From positions 3,686 through 67,685 of the forward strand of contig JAZQBL010000001.1 of assembly GCA_045545665.1 (NCBI GenBank): a stretch of 64,000 nucleotides of DNA. Direction: 5' to 3'. How positions within the stretch are numbered: position 1 is the first letter of the stretch; each line of letters begins with the position of its first letter. Origin of the DNA: Eubacteriales bacterium. Lineage in GTDB: Bacteria; Bacillota; Clostridia; Oscillospirales; CAG-272. The notes under the pieces were generated by a model. That model saw only the letters and a program-made list of their open reading frames with translations. It did not search any database and was not told the origin of the DNA. The position numbers were made by a program, and so were the translations under genes. Shown in pieces: positions 44,907 through 54,643 of the stretch.

Positions 44907-46142
44907 ATGTTATATAATACGAGTATGAAGAAAAGATATATTTTGCACTGCGATCTGAACGGTTTTTTTGCCTCGGTCGAGTGTGTTTTCAATCCCGAAC
45001 TTAAGAATATTCCTATGGCGGTCGGCGGCAGCCGTGAAACACGCCACGGCATAATTTTGGCAAAAAATGAGCTTGCAAAAAAATGCGGTGTCAAAACAGC
45101 CGAAACGCTTGCGTCGGCAAAAAAGAAATGTCCGGATCTCGTTATCGTTCCGCCGAGACACTCCGAATATAAAAAATTCAGCAGGATAGTGAATTCGATA
45201 TATTTGCGTTACACGGATCTTGTCGAGCCGTTCGGTATTGACGAATCGTGGCTTGACATAACGGGAAGTATGCACCTTTTCGGTGATAAAAGCTATGAAT
45301 GTGCCGAAAAGATAGCAAACGAAATAAGAAACACGGTAAGAACCGAAACGGGACTTACTGTATCGGTCGGTGTTTCATTCAATAAAATATTCGCAAAGCT
45401 CGGTTCCGATTATAAAAAGCCCGATGCCGTGACGGTTATTACGGAGGATAATTTCAAAGATATCGTCTTTCCGCTTGACGTCGGATCGCTTCTTTTTGCA
45501 GGAAGAGCAACAGGGGAAAAACTGCACGAATTACGCATAAAAACAGTCGGTGAGCTTGCCGGATACGATCCGGCTTTGCTTGAAAAAAAACTCGGTTCCG
45601 CCGGACGTGCTTTGTACAGATACGCAAACGGTCTTGACGACTCGGAGGTCTTGTCTTTTTATTCAAAAAGGGAAGTAAAGTCGGTTGGCAGGGGGATGAC
45701 CTTTACGCACGATCTCGGTAATATTTCCGAGGTTACGGCAGGAATTTCCGCTTTAAGCTCCGAGGTCTGTGAATCATTACGAAAACAGAATCTTGAATGT
45801 AAAACAGTTCAGCTTTCCGTAAAGGATGTGAATTTAAAAACCGTACAGCGCAGAGCACCGCTTGAATATCCGACGAATTCCACCAAAAAGGTAACGGAAT
45901 GCGCGCTTTCAATATTTGAAAAGTGCTGGAATTTAAGAAATCCCATAAGGGCGATGACGGTTACGGCAATAAATCTTACATCGTCTTTTGAAGCGCAAGC
46001 CCAGCTTTCTTTTTTTGACAGTGAGCCGAACGACGAAAAAGAAAAAAAGCTTGACAGCACACTTGATAAGATCAACGAAAAATACGGCAAAAACTCGATA
46101 AAGCCCGCAAGCTTTATAAAAAACGATATCGGTATAAAATAA
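44907..46142 (+). CDS. dinB: DNA polymerase IV (Y-family)
   Basis: ILHCDLNGFFASVE, SIDESWLDIT and SVGVSFNKIFAKL.SD..KP. GGAGG lies 6 nt upstream of the ATG. Confidence 0.9.
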   Translation: MLYNTSMKKRYILHCDLNGFFASVECVFNPELKNIPMAVGGSRETRHGIILAKNELAKKCGVKTAETLASAKKKCPDLVIVPPRHSEYKKFSRIVNSIYLRYTDLVEPFGIDESWLDITGSMHLFGDKSYECAEKIANEIRNTVRTETGLTVSVGVSFNKIFAKLGSDYKKPDAVTVITEDNFKDIVFPLDVGSLLFAGRATGEKLHELRIKTVGELAGYDPALLEKKLGSAGRALYRYANGLDDSEVLSFYSKREVKSVGRGMTFTHDLGNISEVTAGISALSSEVCESLRKQNLECKTVQLSVKDVNLKTVQRRAPLEYPTNSTKKVTECALSIFEKCWNLRNPIRAMTVTAINLTSSFEAQAQLSFFDSEPNDEKEKKLDSTLDKINEKYGKNSIKPASFIKNDIGIK

Positions 46143-46954
46143 TGCTTAAAAGAGAAATACAGAATATTTTTGAATGTGAAAAGATCAAATATGCCGAGGC
46201 TATCCCGTATTCACTTACAAGGCGAAACGAAAGCTGTAAAAAGACGGCGGAATTTTCTCCGAATTCCGCAGTTATTTTTCTGATACCGTATTTTAACGGC
46301 GTGAATGACGGCAACGTGTCGGTCTACGCACAAGCGAAGGACTATCATCTGTACTGCAAGGAGCTTGAAAAACGCATCGTTCCCCTGTTCGAAGAGATAA
46401 CAAATGAAAAAGCCGCACTTTTTGCCGATACTTCACCTATATATGAGGTGGATGCGGCACTCACCGCAGGGCTCGGTGTAAAAGGTAAAAACGGACTTTT
46501 GATAAACAGGGAATATTCCTCGTTTGTGTTTATCGCCTCGCTTTTAACAACTGCAAAAACGGATGCTCTTACCGATAAAAAAGACTATGTGGTAAGCGAG
46601 TGTATCAACTGCGGAAAATGCATGAAAAACTGTCCCGTAAATCTTGACAAAAGCAAATGTATATCATCTCTTACCCAGAAAAAAGGACAGCTTTCGGATG
46701 ATGAAATAACAGCTTTAAAAAATCAGGCGTATGTGTGGGGATGCGACGTGTGCCAGCTTGTATGCCCGTATACCGAAAAAATGATAAAAAACGGTACGAA
46801 AACGGAGATAGAATTTTTTAAGACCGACATTGTTTCAAACGTCACTTTGAAATATCTCGAAAATATATCAAAGAAAGATTTTGAAAAAAGAGCTTTTTCC
46901 TGGAGAGGTAAAAAGGTCCTTTCAAGAAATATCGGAATATGCGAAGAAAAATAA
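46142..46954 (+). CDS. queG: Epoxyqueuosine reductase QueG-like 4Fe-4S protein (short form)
   Basis: AALTAGLGVKGKNGLLIN.EY.SFVFI matches the QueG core, and there are two ferredoxin motifs (CINCGKCMKNCP, GCDVCQLVCP). The start overlaps the dinB stop. Confidence 0.7.
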   Translation: MLKREIQNIFECEKIKYAEAIPYSLTRRNESCKKTAEFSPNSAVIFLIPYFNGVNDGNVSVYAQAKDYHLYCKELEKRIVPLFEEITNEKAALFADTSPIYEVDAALTAGLGVKGKNGLLINREYSSFVFIASLLTTAKTDALTDKKDYVVSECINCGKCMKNCPVNLDKSKCISSLTQKKGQLSDDEITALKNQAYVWGCDVCQLVCPYTEKMIKNGTKTEIEFFKTDIVSNVTLKYLENISKKDFEKRAFSWRGKKVLSRNIGICEEK

Positions 46955-47670
46955 AAGAATTATACGAAAGATGGCTCGTTCTGCGGATAATGAACAAAGA
47001 GTCACAGCTTATCGACACAGAAGAAAAAATTTTGAAGCTGACAACTAAAAAAAGTAAGCTGTCGGAAGAAGATAAAACTCCCGGCGTCGTTGCAACGGCA
47101 AAGCTGCGTTTTTTTAAGTACAGGCAAAGCGAACGGTATTCAGCCGAGGAAAAGGTGAATTATGCATATTCACGTATAAAATTCAATCCCGTTACAAGCT
47201 TTTTCAGACTCTTTTTCTCCTTTACGCGTAAATACAGATTTATGACTGGCTTTTTGGCATACTTTTCTTTGATAGTTTCGGCTGTTCAAACAGGTGTTAT
47301 ATTTGTATTTTCCTCCGCTTTTTCGATAATATTGCTTCCGTTTGCTTTAATTCTTTATGCCGTCGTGGCAATCCCTCTGAGGATAAAAACGGTAAAATAC
47401 GGAAGGGTCATATCCCGCCAAAAAAAGAAAATATCGTTTATAACAGTTGACGGTATTCCGTATGAGAAGATAAAAGACGGTTATACAGGCAAGCTTATAG
47501 AGTGCCTTGCCGAAGATTCTGTATGCGTTATATCTTCGCTTAATATAACAGACAATTTTTTTGCTGTCAAAAAAGTAAATGATAACGTATACTGCGTATC
47601 ACACAGATTTACCGTCCATCTGAAGAAGCATATACCGCATGATAAGATATACAGTACGATAAAATTATAA
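46939..47670 (+). CDS. Hypothetical membrane protein (243 aa)
   Basis: Basic N-terminus and two or three TM helices (FLAYFSLIVSAVQTGVIFVF, IILLPFALILYAVVAIPL). It overlaps the queG-like stop by 16 nt. Confidence 0.5.
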   Translation: MRRKIKELYERWLVLRIMNKESQLIDTEEKILKLTTKKSKLSEEDKTPGVVATAKLRFFKYRQSERYSAEEKVNYAYSRIKFNPVTSFFRLFFSFTRKYRFMTGFLAYFSLIVSAVQTGVIFVFSSAFSIILLPFALILYAVVAIPLRIKTVKYGRVISRQKKKISFITVDGIPYEKIKDGYTGKLIECLAEDSVCVISSLNITDNFFAVKKVNDNVYCVSHRFTVHLKKHIPHDKIYSTIKL

Positions 47671-47685
47671 CTGAAAGGATTTAAA

Positions 47686-50600
47686 ATGGTTGAATTTTTG
47701 TTCGGTCACTCGGGCTCGGGTAAGACAACACAAATATATAATAACATCAAACGAGATCTTTCCGAAAAAAAGCGCGTTATGCTCATCGTACCCGACCAGG
47801 AGGCGGTAAGTGCCGAGGCTATGTGTGCTGACGTAACGCAAGGCGTACCTTCGACCGAGCTTTACGTGTGCAGCTTTTCGAGACTTTGCAACGACGTTTT
47901 CAGAAAATACGGCGGTATCGTTTATAACTATGCGGATAAGACGACGGGAAGGCTTCTCGTCTTTCTTGCTTTGCGTTCCGTCAGAGAATATCTTAAGGAA
48001 TACAATACCGTATCGTTTTCCGATACGTCGGCATTATCCGTCATACATTCAACCGTTGGTGAATTTAAACGCTGCGGTATAAGCGCATCCGACCTTTATG
48101 AAATTTGCGAAAAAATACCTTCTGAAAAAAAACAGCTCAAAGACAAGCTTTCGGATATTGCACTTATATACGATGCGTATAATTCAAATCTCGGTTCTTC
48201 GTTGTGCGATCCGTCGGACGATATGACAAAGCTGTGTTCTATCCTTGAAGAAAATAACTTTTTCGCTGATTTTGACAGTGTTTATATAGATTCCTTCCAT
48301 TATTTTACGCATTTACAGCATAAGGTGATATATCATATTTTCAAAAATACGCCTTACGTCTGTGTGAGCGTGTGCGCGCCTTACGCCGAAAAAGCAAAGC
48401 AAAAGTTTACGTTATCGGAAATATATTCATCGTTCGATGATCTTTTAAAAATAGCCGGGAAAGCAAATGCCGATGTATCGGTAACAGAGCTTAAAGAGTC
48501 GTACAGATTTTCAAACGGCGAAACGAAATATCTTGAAGAGGCTTTGAGAAACGAGTATCAGGACAGCTTTTCTTCAGGTGAGCATATCAAGACCGTGCTT
48601 TGCCGTAATCCTTTTGACGAGGTCGAGTTTGTTTCAAGCGTTATATCAAAGCGTGTAAGGGAAGACGGCAAACGCTTCCGTGATTTTGCCGTTGTCGTGA
48701 ATTCCGCAGATTCTTACAAGGGAATTGCCGATGCTGTTTTTGATAAATTCGGCATACCTTATTTCATATCCTCAAGAACGGATATTATGCAAAAGCCTTT
48801 TGTAAAGCTGATATTTGCGGCATTCAATATTCATTTGTCCGGCTTTTACAAGGAGGACGTTATATCGTACGTAAAAACGGGACTTTCGGGGCTTTCTTAT
48901 GAAGACACGGACCTTTTTGAAACGTACGTAAAAAGATGGGGCATAAACGGTAAACGCTTCTGTGAAGCGGCGTGGGATATGAATCCGTCGGGATACGGTG
49001 CAAGATTTTCAGAAAAAGATACAAAACAGCTCGACCGTATCAACAGGATAAAAGACTATATAATAACCCCGCTTTACGATTTTTCCGAAGCACTTTCGGA
49101 AGGTGCGCTTACGTGCGAAAAGATACTTAACTGCATATACGATCTTCTCATAAAAACAGATATAAAAAAACAGCTTTCGGATCTTGTTCTTGCGTGCGAA
49201 GATGAAGGCGAAAAAAGCGAAATATATCAGATATGGCATCTGTTTTTCAAAGCCGCAACGGATATTTCGGATATCTGTAAGGACACGTGCGTAAGCGTTG
49301 AAGAATACAGAGCACTCCTTGCTATGGTCCTTTCCGAGGTCGATATAGGTAAGATCCCGACGTCGCAGGATCAGGTTTTGATCGGTGAATCGGGAAAAGT
49401 CAGAATAAACAATCCTACCGATATATTTGTCCTCGGCGTAAACGAGGGAGATTTTCCCTCCGGTGTTTCAAATAATACCGTTTTTTCGTTTGCCGATATA
49501 CGTATTTTGCAAGATTGCGGAGTGCATTTTATAAATGAAGAAACACTTCTGCTTCGTGATACGTTCAGTTTTTACAAAACCGTCACGTCGTGCAGTGAAA
49601 ACGTGTACGTAACGTCTACTGTCAGGGATTCGTCGGCTGCGGCAAAAAAGCCGTCCGTGCTTTTTCAAAAGATCAAAGGATTGTTTCCTTGCGGATACAG
49701 CACGTTTAAAGGTATCACCGCCGATGACGTATGCACGTATGCTGTCGGAGTCGATTTTATCGGACGTAATGCCGATAAAGTACAGATCGCTTCGGTAAAG
49801 GCTGTCCTTGCGGAAAACCCCGACACACTTCACGTAACAGAGGATTATTTACCGACGACGGTTATTTCAAAGGATACGGCACAAAAAATATATTCGGGAG
49901 ATATAAAGCTTTCACAGTCCAAAATAGACAGCTTCAGAAAGTGCAAATTCGGTTATTACTGTAATTACGTGCTGAATCTCAGAAACGACAGCAAGATAGA
50001 TGTGGAATCAAACGATCTCGGAACGTACGTCCATTACGTTTTGCAGCGGTTGCTTGAAGATTATATAAAGGGTAACGTGAAGGCGGATATAGACGAATCG
50101 GAGCTTAAAGAAAAGCTGGATATTTATACTTGCGAATTTACATCGAGTTATCTTAACGTCGATATTTCAAAGCCCGGATATGCGAAAATAAAAGCACTGT
50201 TTGAGAGAATGAAAAAAAATACTCTCAAAGCAGCTCAAAATATACTGTGTGAGCTTTCTTCAAGTGAGTTCAAGCCCTCAAAGCTCGAACTTAATATTTC
50301 GGACAGCGGTGAGATGCCGCCTCTTCGTATACAGCTTTCCGACGGAAGTTCTGCCGTTCTGGGCGGTGTTGCCGACAGAGTCGATACGTACAGCGCTGAC
50401 GGAAAGACGTACATAAAGCTTATGGACTATAAAACGGGTAAACCGTCGTTTTCTCTTAACGGAATAGAAAAATGCGACGGAATACAGCTGTTCGTCTATA
50501 TGATAAGTATTTGCACAAAGGGCGGAAAACTGTTCGGGGGCGATATAAAGCCTGCCGCTGCTTTTTACGTTGCGGTAACTCCCGAGGTCAAGGAACACGA

Positions 50601-50943
50601 TTTTCCGATAGATGAAGAGACAGCCGACACACTTGCGCGTGACGGTATTATCCGCCGAGGTGCCGTGCTTAACGATGAAGAGGTTATGAAAGCCGTGTTC
50701 GGAACAGACGGTAAATTTATGCCGAAATACGCATCTGACAAAAAGATCGTGTATATAGCTGATGAAGAATTTACCGATGCGTTCAATAAGCTTGAAAATG
50801 CCGTATCGGAGCTTGCCGAAAAAATGAAAAACGGATCGGCAGAGGCACTGCCGGAGAAGATAGGCTCATACGAGCCGTGCGAATATTGTGATTACAAAAT
50901 GGTCTGCAGATATGAAAGCAAAACGGTGATTGAAGATGAGTGA
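47686..50943 (+). CDS. addB: Helicase-exonuclease AddAB, subunit AddB
   Basis: Walker A GHSGSGKTT. The C-terminal RecB-type nuclease has MDYKTG and an Fe-S Cys set (KC...CEYCDYKMVC). Confidence 0.9.
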   Translation: MVEFLFGHSGSGKTTQIYNNIKRDLSEKKRVMLIVPDQEAVSAEAMCADVTQGVPSTELYVCSFSRLCNDVFRKYGGIVYNYADKTTGRLLVFLALRSVREYLKEYNTVSFSDTSALSVIHSTVGEFKRCGISASDLYEICEKIPSEKKQLKDKLSDIALIYDAYNSNLGSSLCDPSDDMTKLCSILEENNFFADFDSVYIDSFHYFTHLQHKVIYHIFKNTPYVCVSVCAPYAEKAKQKFTLSEIYSSFDDLLKIAGKANADVSVTELKESYRFSNGETKYLEEALRNEYQDSFSSGEHIKTVLCRNPFDEVEFVSSVISKRVREDGKRFRDFAVVVNSADSYKGIADAVFDKFGIPYFISSRTDIMQKPFVKLIFAAFNIHLSGFYKEDVISYVKTGLSGLSYEDTDLFETYVKRWGINGKRFCEAAWDMNPSGYGARFSEKDTKQLDRINRIKDYIITPLYDFSEALSEGALTCEKILNCIYDLLIKTDIKKQLSDLVLACEDEGEKSEIYQIWHLFFKAATDISDICKDTCVSVEEYRALLAMVLSEVDIGKIPTSQDQVLIGESGKVRINNPTDIFVLGVNEGDFPSGVSNNTVFSFADIRILQDCGVHFINEETLLLRDTFSFYKTVTSCSENVYVTSTVRDSSAAAKKPSVLFQKIKGLFPCGYSTFKGITADDVCTYAVGVDFIGRNADKVQIASVKAVLAENPDTLHVTEDYLPTTVISKDTAQKIYSGDIKLSQSKIDSFRKCKFGYYCNYVLNLRNDSKIDVESNDLGTYVHYVLQRLLEDYIKGNVKADIDESELKEKLDIYTCEFTSSYLNVDISKPGYAKIKALFERMKKNTLKAAQNILCELSSSEFKPSKLELNISDSGEMPPLRIQLSDGSSAVLGGVADRVDTYSADGKTYIKLMDYKTGKPSFSLNGIEKCDGIQLFVYMISICTKGGKLFGGDIKPAAAFYVAVTPEVKEHDFPIDEETADTLARDGIIRRGAVLNDEEVMKAVFGTDGKFMPKYASDKKIVYIADEEFTDAFNKLENAVSELAEKMKNGSAEALPEKIGSYEPCEYCDYKMVCRYESKTVIEDE

Positions 50944-53900
50944 AAGAAAATGGACTGAAAATCAGCTGAAGGCGATAACACATAAAGATTCCGACCTTAT
51001 CGTAGCCGCCGCGGCAGGTTCAGGTAAAACGGCAACGCTTACCGAAAGAGTGATACGGTATATCACCGAGGAGGGCGGCGATATATCAAGAATATTGATA
51101 GTTACCTTTACCAAAGCCGCAGCGGAAGAATTAAAGGTCAAGATCCGCAACGCACTCACTAAAAAAAGTGCGGAGGATCTGTCAAACAAAGCTGTCAGAG
51201 TCAAACTGCTTATGCTCAATTCCGCACAAATAAGCACGATACACGGCTTTTGTTCGTCGTTCATAAAAGAGAATTACTCGCTCTTGGATCTCCCGTCAGG
51301 CATGCGTATAGCGGACGAGTCGGAGGCGGTCTTGTTAAAAAAGCAGGTTATGGATAAGACGCTCGACAGCTATTTTGAAGATGACGTCCCCGATGAATAT
51401 AAAAGCGAAGGCTTTCCGCTTTTGTTTGATAATCTTATAAGAGGGAAAACAGCCGAAAGACTTTCCGACGTGTTGATATCCGTTTACGACACCGTAAGAA
51501 GTTGCGCCGAAGGCGTGGAAATAATCAGTAAAACGGCATCGAATTTCAAAGAGGTCGAAGAAAACGGCTATGTCGGAAGTGTGTACGAAACCACACTTGC
51601 AAGCGTACTTAAACGAGTACTTGCACATTTTATATCCGTATACGGTGCGCTAATTGATAAGTATTACTGTGATGAGATATTTGAGAATAAATACGTCCCA
51701 ACGCTTAACGATGAGCTTGAAATGATGAAGCTTTCTTCTTTTAAGCTTGAGGAAGGCGACGTTTTTTCCGCACTCAATATATTTGCATCCTTTGATTTTA
51801 AACGCCTTCCGCCCGTCAAGGGAGAACACGATTTCAAAAATGAAACAAAATACGTACGCGATGAAGTAAAAGAGGAGAAGAAAGCTCTTTTTCCGTATTA
51901 CTCATTCTCGGATAAAGAAATAAAAGAAGTAGCCAAACGTGCAAGACTCCTCTTTGAAAGTATGTACAAGCTCCTTTCTTACTTTGAAAAAGTGTTCAGA
52001 GAAGAAAAAAGACAGCGTAAATTTATGGATTACGGCGATCTTGAACAGTTTACGTATGAACTGTTGTATGATAAAGACGGAAACAAAACGAAAACCGCAT
52101 ACGACACGGCGGAAAAATACGACGAAATATACATTGATGAGTATCAGGATTGTAACAGCCTGCAGGATGCCATATTTGCGGCAATATCGAAGAAAAACAG
52201 ATTTATGGTAGGCGACGTGAAGCAGTCGATATATTCGTTCAGAGGTGCTGAACCGTATCTGTTTTCCGATTACAGAGTCCTGTTTGAAGAGCCCGAAAAA
52301 GGAAGAGCACTGTTTTTATCAAATAATTTCAGATGCTCTGAAAATATTATCGCCTTTTCAAACCTTGTTTTTTCTGATATTTTTACAAAGAATCCGCAAA
52401 TACCTTACGGCAAGGAAGACGAACTCGTTTATTCAAGAAATTATTCCGACGCTCACCCCGTCACAGTAGCACTCGTTGAAAAAACGCAGGACTGCGACGC
52501 AAAAGAGACCGATGCGGAATACATAGCCGATACGATCGCAAATATGATCAAAAACGAGAAAAACGCCGACGGTGCGCCGTATTCACCGAAGGATTTTGCG
52601 ATCTTACTGCGCAGTGCAAAAACATCGGCGCAGATATATGAAAAAGCGCTTGTTAAAAGAGGAATTGCCGTACATAACGGAGTTGAAAAAAACTTTTTTG
52701 AATCAAGTGAGGTGCTTTTGGCGCTCTGTCTTATCTCTGCAATAGACAATCCCATGCGTGACGTGCAGCTTGCAGGACTTATGCAAAGCCCTCTGTTCGG
52801 CTTTACTCTTGATGATATGATCGAGATACGTCGAGGCAATAAAGACGTACCGCTTTATCTCTGCCTTACGAAATATGCAGAGAAAACAAACGACAGTAAA
52901 TGCAAGAGATTTCTTGAAAAACTCAAGCTTTACAGAAAAAAAGCGCAGGGAATGCAGACGGACAAGCTTATCTGGTATCTGTACGGAGACACGGGAATTT
53001 TTGCACGTGTCTGCTATGATAACGACAAGCAAAAAGCTGATTCAAGACGTGCAAATCTTATGATGCTTTACGAATACGCAAGAAAATTCGAAGCGGGTTC
53101 TTTCAAAGGTCTTTACAACTTTATCAATTACATAAGCGAGATACTTGAAAAGAAGACGAAGCTTGAAGCAGTAAATGCTGACGGTGATGAGGATAACGGT
53201 GTAAAGATAATGACGGTACATAAATCAAAGGGACTTGAATTTCCCGTTTGTTTTCTCGCCGATGCCTCCGCAAAACTGTCGGCGGCGGGGAAAATGCCGT
53301 ATAAGTATGACAGAAAATGCGGCTTCGCTGTCAAATTAAAGGATTCAACGGGCTTTGTTTTTTACAAAACGCCGATGTACTGTGCCGTTTCCGCTGAAGA
53401 ACACGACAGAGAAACAGAAGAAGAAGCGAGAATTTTATATGTTGCCTTGACAAGAGCGCAGGACAGACTTTTTGTTACAGGCTCGACGGATGACGCTGAT
53501 AAAACGCTTTTATCACCGTTTGGTGAAATAAAAAGCGTATATTCGTTCTATAATTCGAGATCGTATTTTGATATGATGAGACCGATATTGTTTTCATCAG
53601 ATCCCTCTTTTGAATTTAAAATAGTCAAAAACTATACTCCGGCACTTGATGAAGTCAAATATTCGAACGAAAATGCTTCTGAAATTGATGGATCTGTCTA
53701 TGAAAAAGTCAAGGAGAATATTGCGTTTGAATATCCGTATAAACTGCAGACGTCGTTACCGCAAAAGGTCTCCGTGTCAAGACTTTACCCTGATCTTCTT
53801 GATGAAAACGATGACAGCGCAGAGCTTACGGAAGATGAAATACCGCTCGAATTCAAAGACCCCGATGCTATAAGAAAAGAATCGGAGAAAACGAAAAAAG

Positions 53901-54433
53901 GAATCGCAACGCATCTTTTTATGCAGTTCTGTGATTTTGACAGCGTGCTAAGATCCGGTGTTGAAAACGAAAGGCAAAGACTTTATGAAAACGGGTTTAT
54001 GTCGTATGAGGATATGAATTCGGTGGATATAAGAACGGTCGAGGCGTTCTTTTCTTCCGATCTGTTCGGAAGAATAAACGATGCAAAAAATAAAGGCGCG
54101 CTTGTTAAAAGGGAATACCGTTTCAATATCTATCTCGATGCGGCACTGTTTACAAGCGAAGATGACAAGAAGCAAAAGCTTGAAAACGAAAAAATACTCG
54201 TTCAGGGCGTAGTTGATATGCTGTTTGAAAATCCCGACGGCAGTATAACTTTACTTGATTACAAGACGGACAGACTTTCTGACAGCAAAGAAGACATTGA
54301 CGCTTTCATCTCACGGCATCGCACACAGCTTAAATATTACAAGCTTGCCGCAGAGAGGATAACGGGGAAAAAAGTTTCCGATACCGTTCTTTACTCGTTT
54401 TCACTTATGCGGGAAATATACGTTCGTGATTGA
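50930..54433 (+). CDS. addA: Helicase-exonuclease AddAB, subunit AddA
   Basis: UvrD-type motifs AAAGSGKT, TFT.KAA.E, IDEYQD, SIYSFRGA and TVHKSKGLEF. The C-terminal nuclease has LLDYKTD. The gene overlaps addB by 14 nt. Confidence 0.9.
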   Translation: MKMSERKWTENQLKAITHKDSDLIVAAAAGSGKTATLTERVIRYITEEGGDISRILIVTFTKAAAEELKVKIRNALTKKSAEDLSNKAVRVKLLMLNSAQISTIHGFCSSFIKENYSLLDLPSGMRIADESEAVLLKKQVMDKTLDSYFEDDVPDEYKSEGFPLLFDNLIRGKTAERLSDVLISVYDTVRSCAEGVEIISKTASNFKEVEENGYVGSVYETTLASVLKRVLAHFISVYGALIDKYYCDEIFENKYVPTLNDELEMMKLSSFKLEEGDVFSALNIFASFDFKRLPPVKGEHDFKNETKYVRDEVKEEKKALFPYYSFSDKEIKEVAKRARLLFESMYKLLSYFEKVFREEKRQRKFMDYGDLEQFTYELLYDKDGNKTKTAYDTAEKYDEIYIDEYQDCNSLQDAIFAAISKKNRFMVGDVKQSIYSFRGAEPYLFSDYRVLFEEPEKGRALFLSNNFRCSENIIAFSNLVFSDIFTKNPQIPYGKEDELVYSRNYSDAHPVTVALVEKTQDCDAKETDAEYIADTIANMIKNEKNADGAPYSPKDFAILLRSAKTSAQIYEKALVKRGIAVHNGVEKNFFESSEVLLALCLISAIDNPMRDVQLAGLMQSPLFGFTLDDMIEIRRGNKDVPLYLCLTKYAEKTNDSKCKRFLEKLKLYRKKAQGMQTDKLIWYLYGDTGIFARVCYDNDKQKADSRRANLMMLYEYARKFEAGSFKGLYNFINYISEILEKKTKLEAVNADGDEDNGVKIMTVHKSKGLEFPVCFLADASAKLSAAGKMPYKYDRKCGFAVKLKDSTGFVFYKTPMYCAVSAEEHDRETEEEARILYVALTRAQDRLFVTGSTDDADKTLLSPFGEIKSVYSFYNSRSYFDMMRPILFSSDPSFEFKIVKNYTPALDEVKYSNENASEIDGSVYEKVKENIAFEYPYKLQTSLPQKVSVSRLYPDLLDENDDSAELTEDEIPLEFKDPDAIRKESEKTKKGIATHLFMQFCDFDSVLRSGVENERQRLYENGFMSYEDMNSVDIRTVEAFFSSDLFGRINDAKNKGALVKREYRFNIYLDAALFTSEDDKKQKLENEKILVQGVVDMLFENPDGSITLLDYKTDRLSDSKEDIDAFISRHRTQLKYYKLAAERITGKKVSDTVLYSFSLMREIYVRD

Positions 54434-54572
54434 AGTCGGCTATTTTCAAAATATGCGTTTTGACGCACGGTTTTTTGACTATAATAGATCATATTTCCGA
54501 AAAACGAATGTTGATATCTAAATGATATCAAAATGTAAATAAAAATTAACGAAAAAATAACAGTTTAAAGTG

Positions 54573-54601
54573 TTTACATATATCAAAATATGTGGTATAT
54601 T
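54573..54601 (+). promoter_or_regulatory. Promoter for the PFOR gene
   Basis: TTTACA (54573-54578), a 17-nt spacer, then TGgTATATT (54593-54601), about 40 nt before the ATG. Confidence 0.5.
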
Positions 54602-54643
54602 GGGTATTAATGTAAATAACAATATTTTGGAGGATAAACAGTT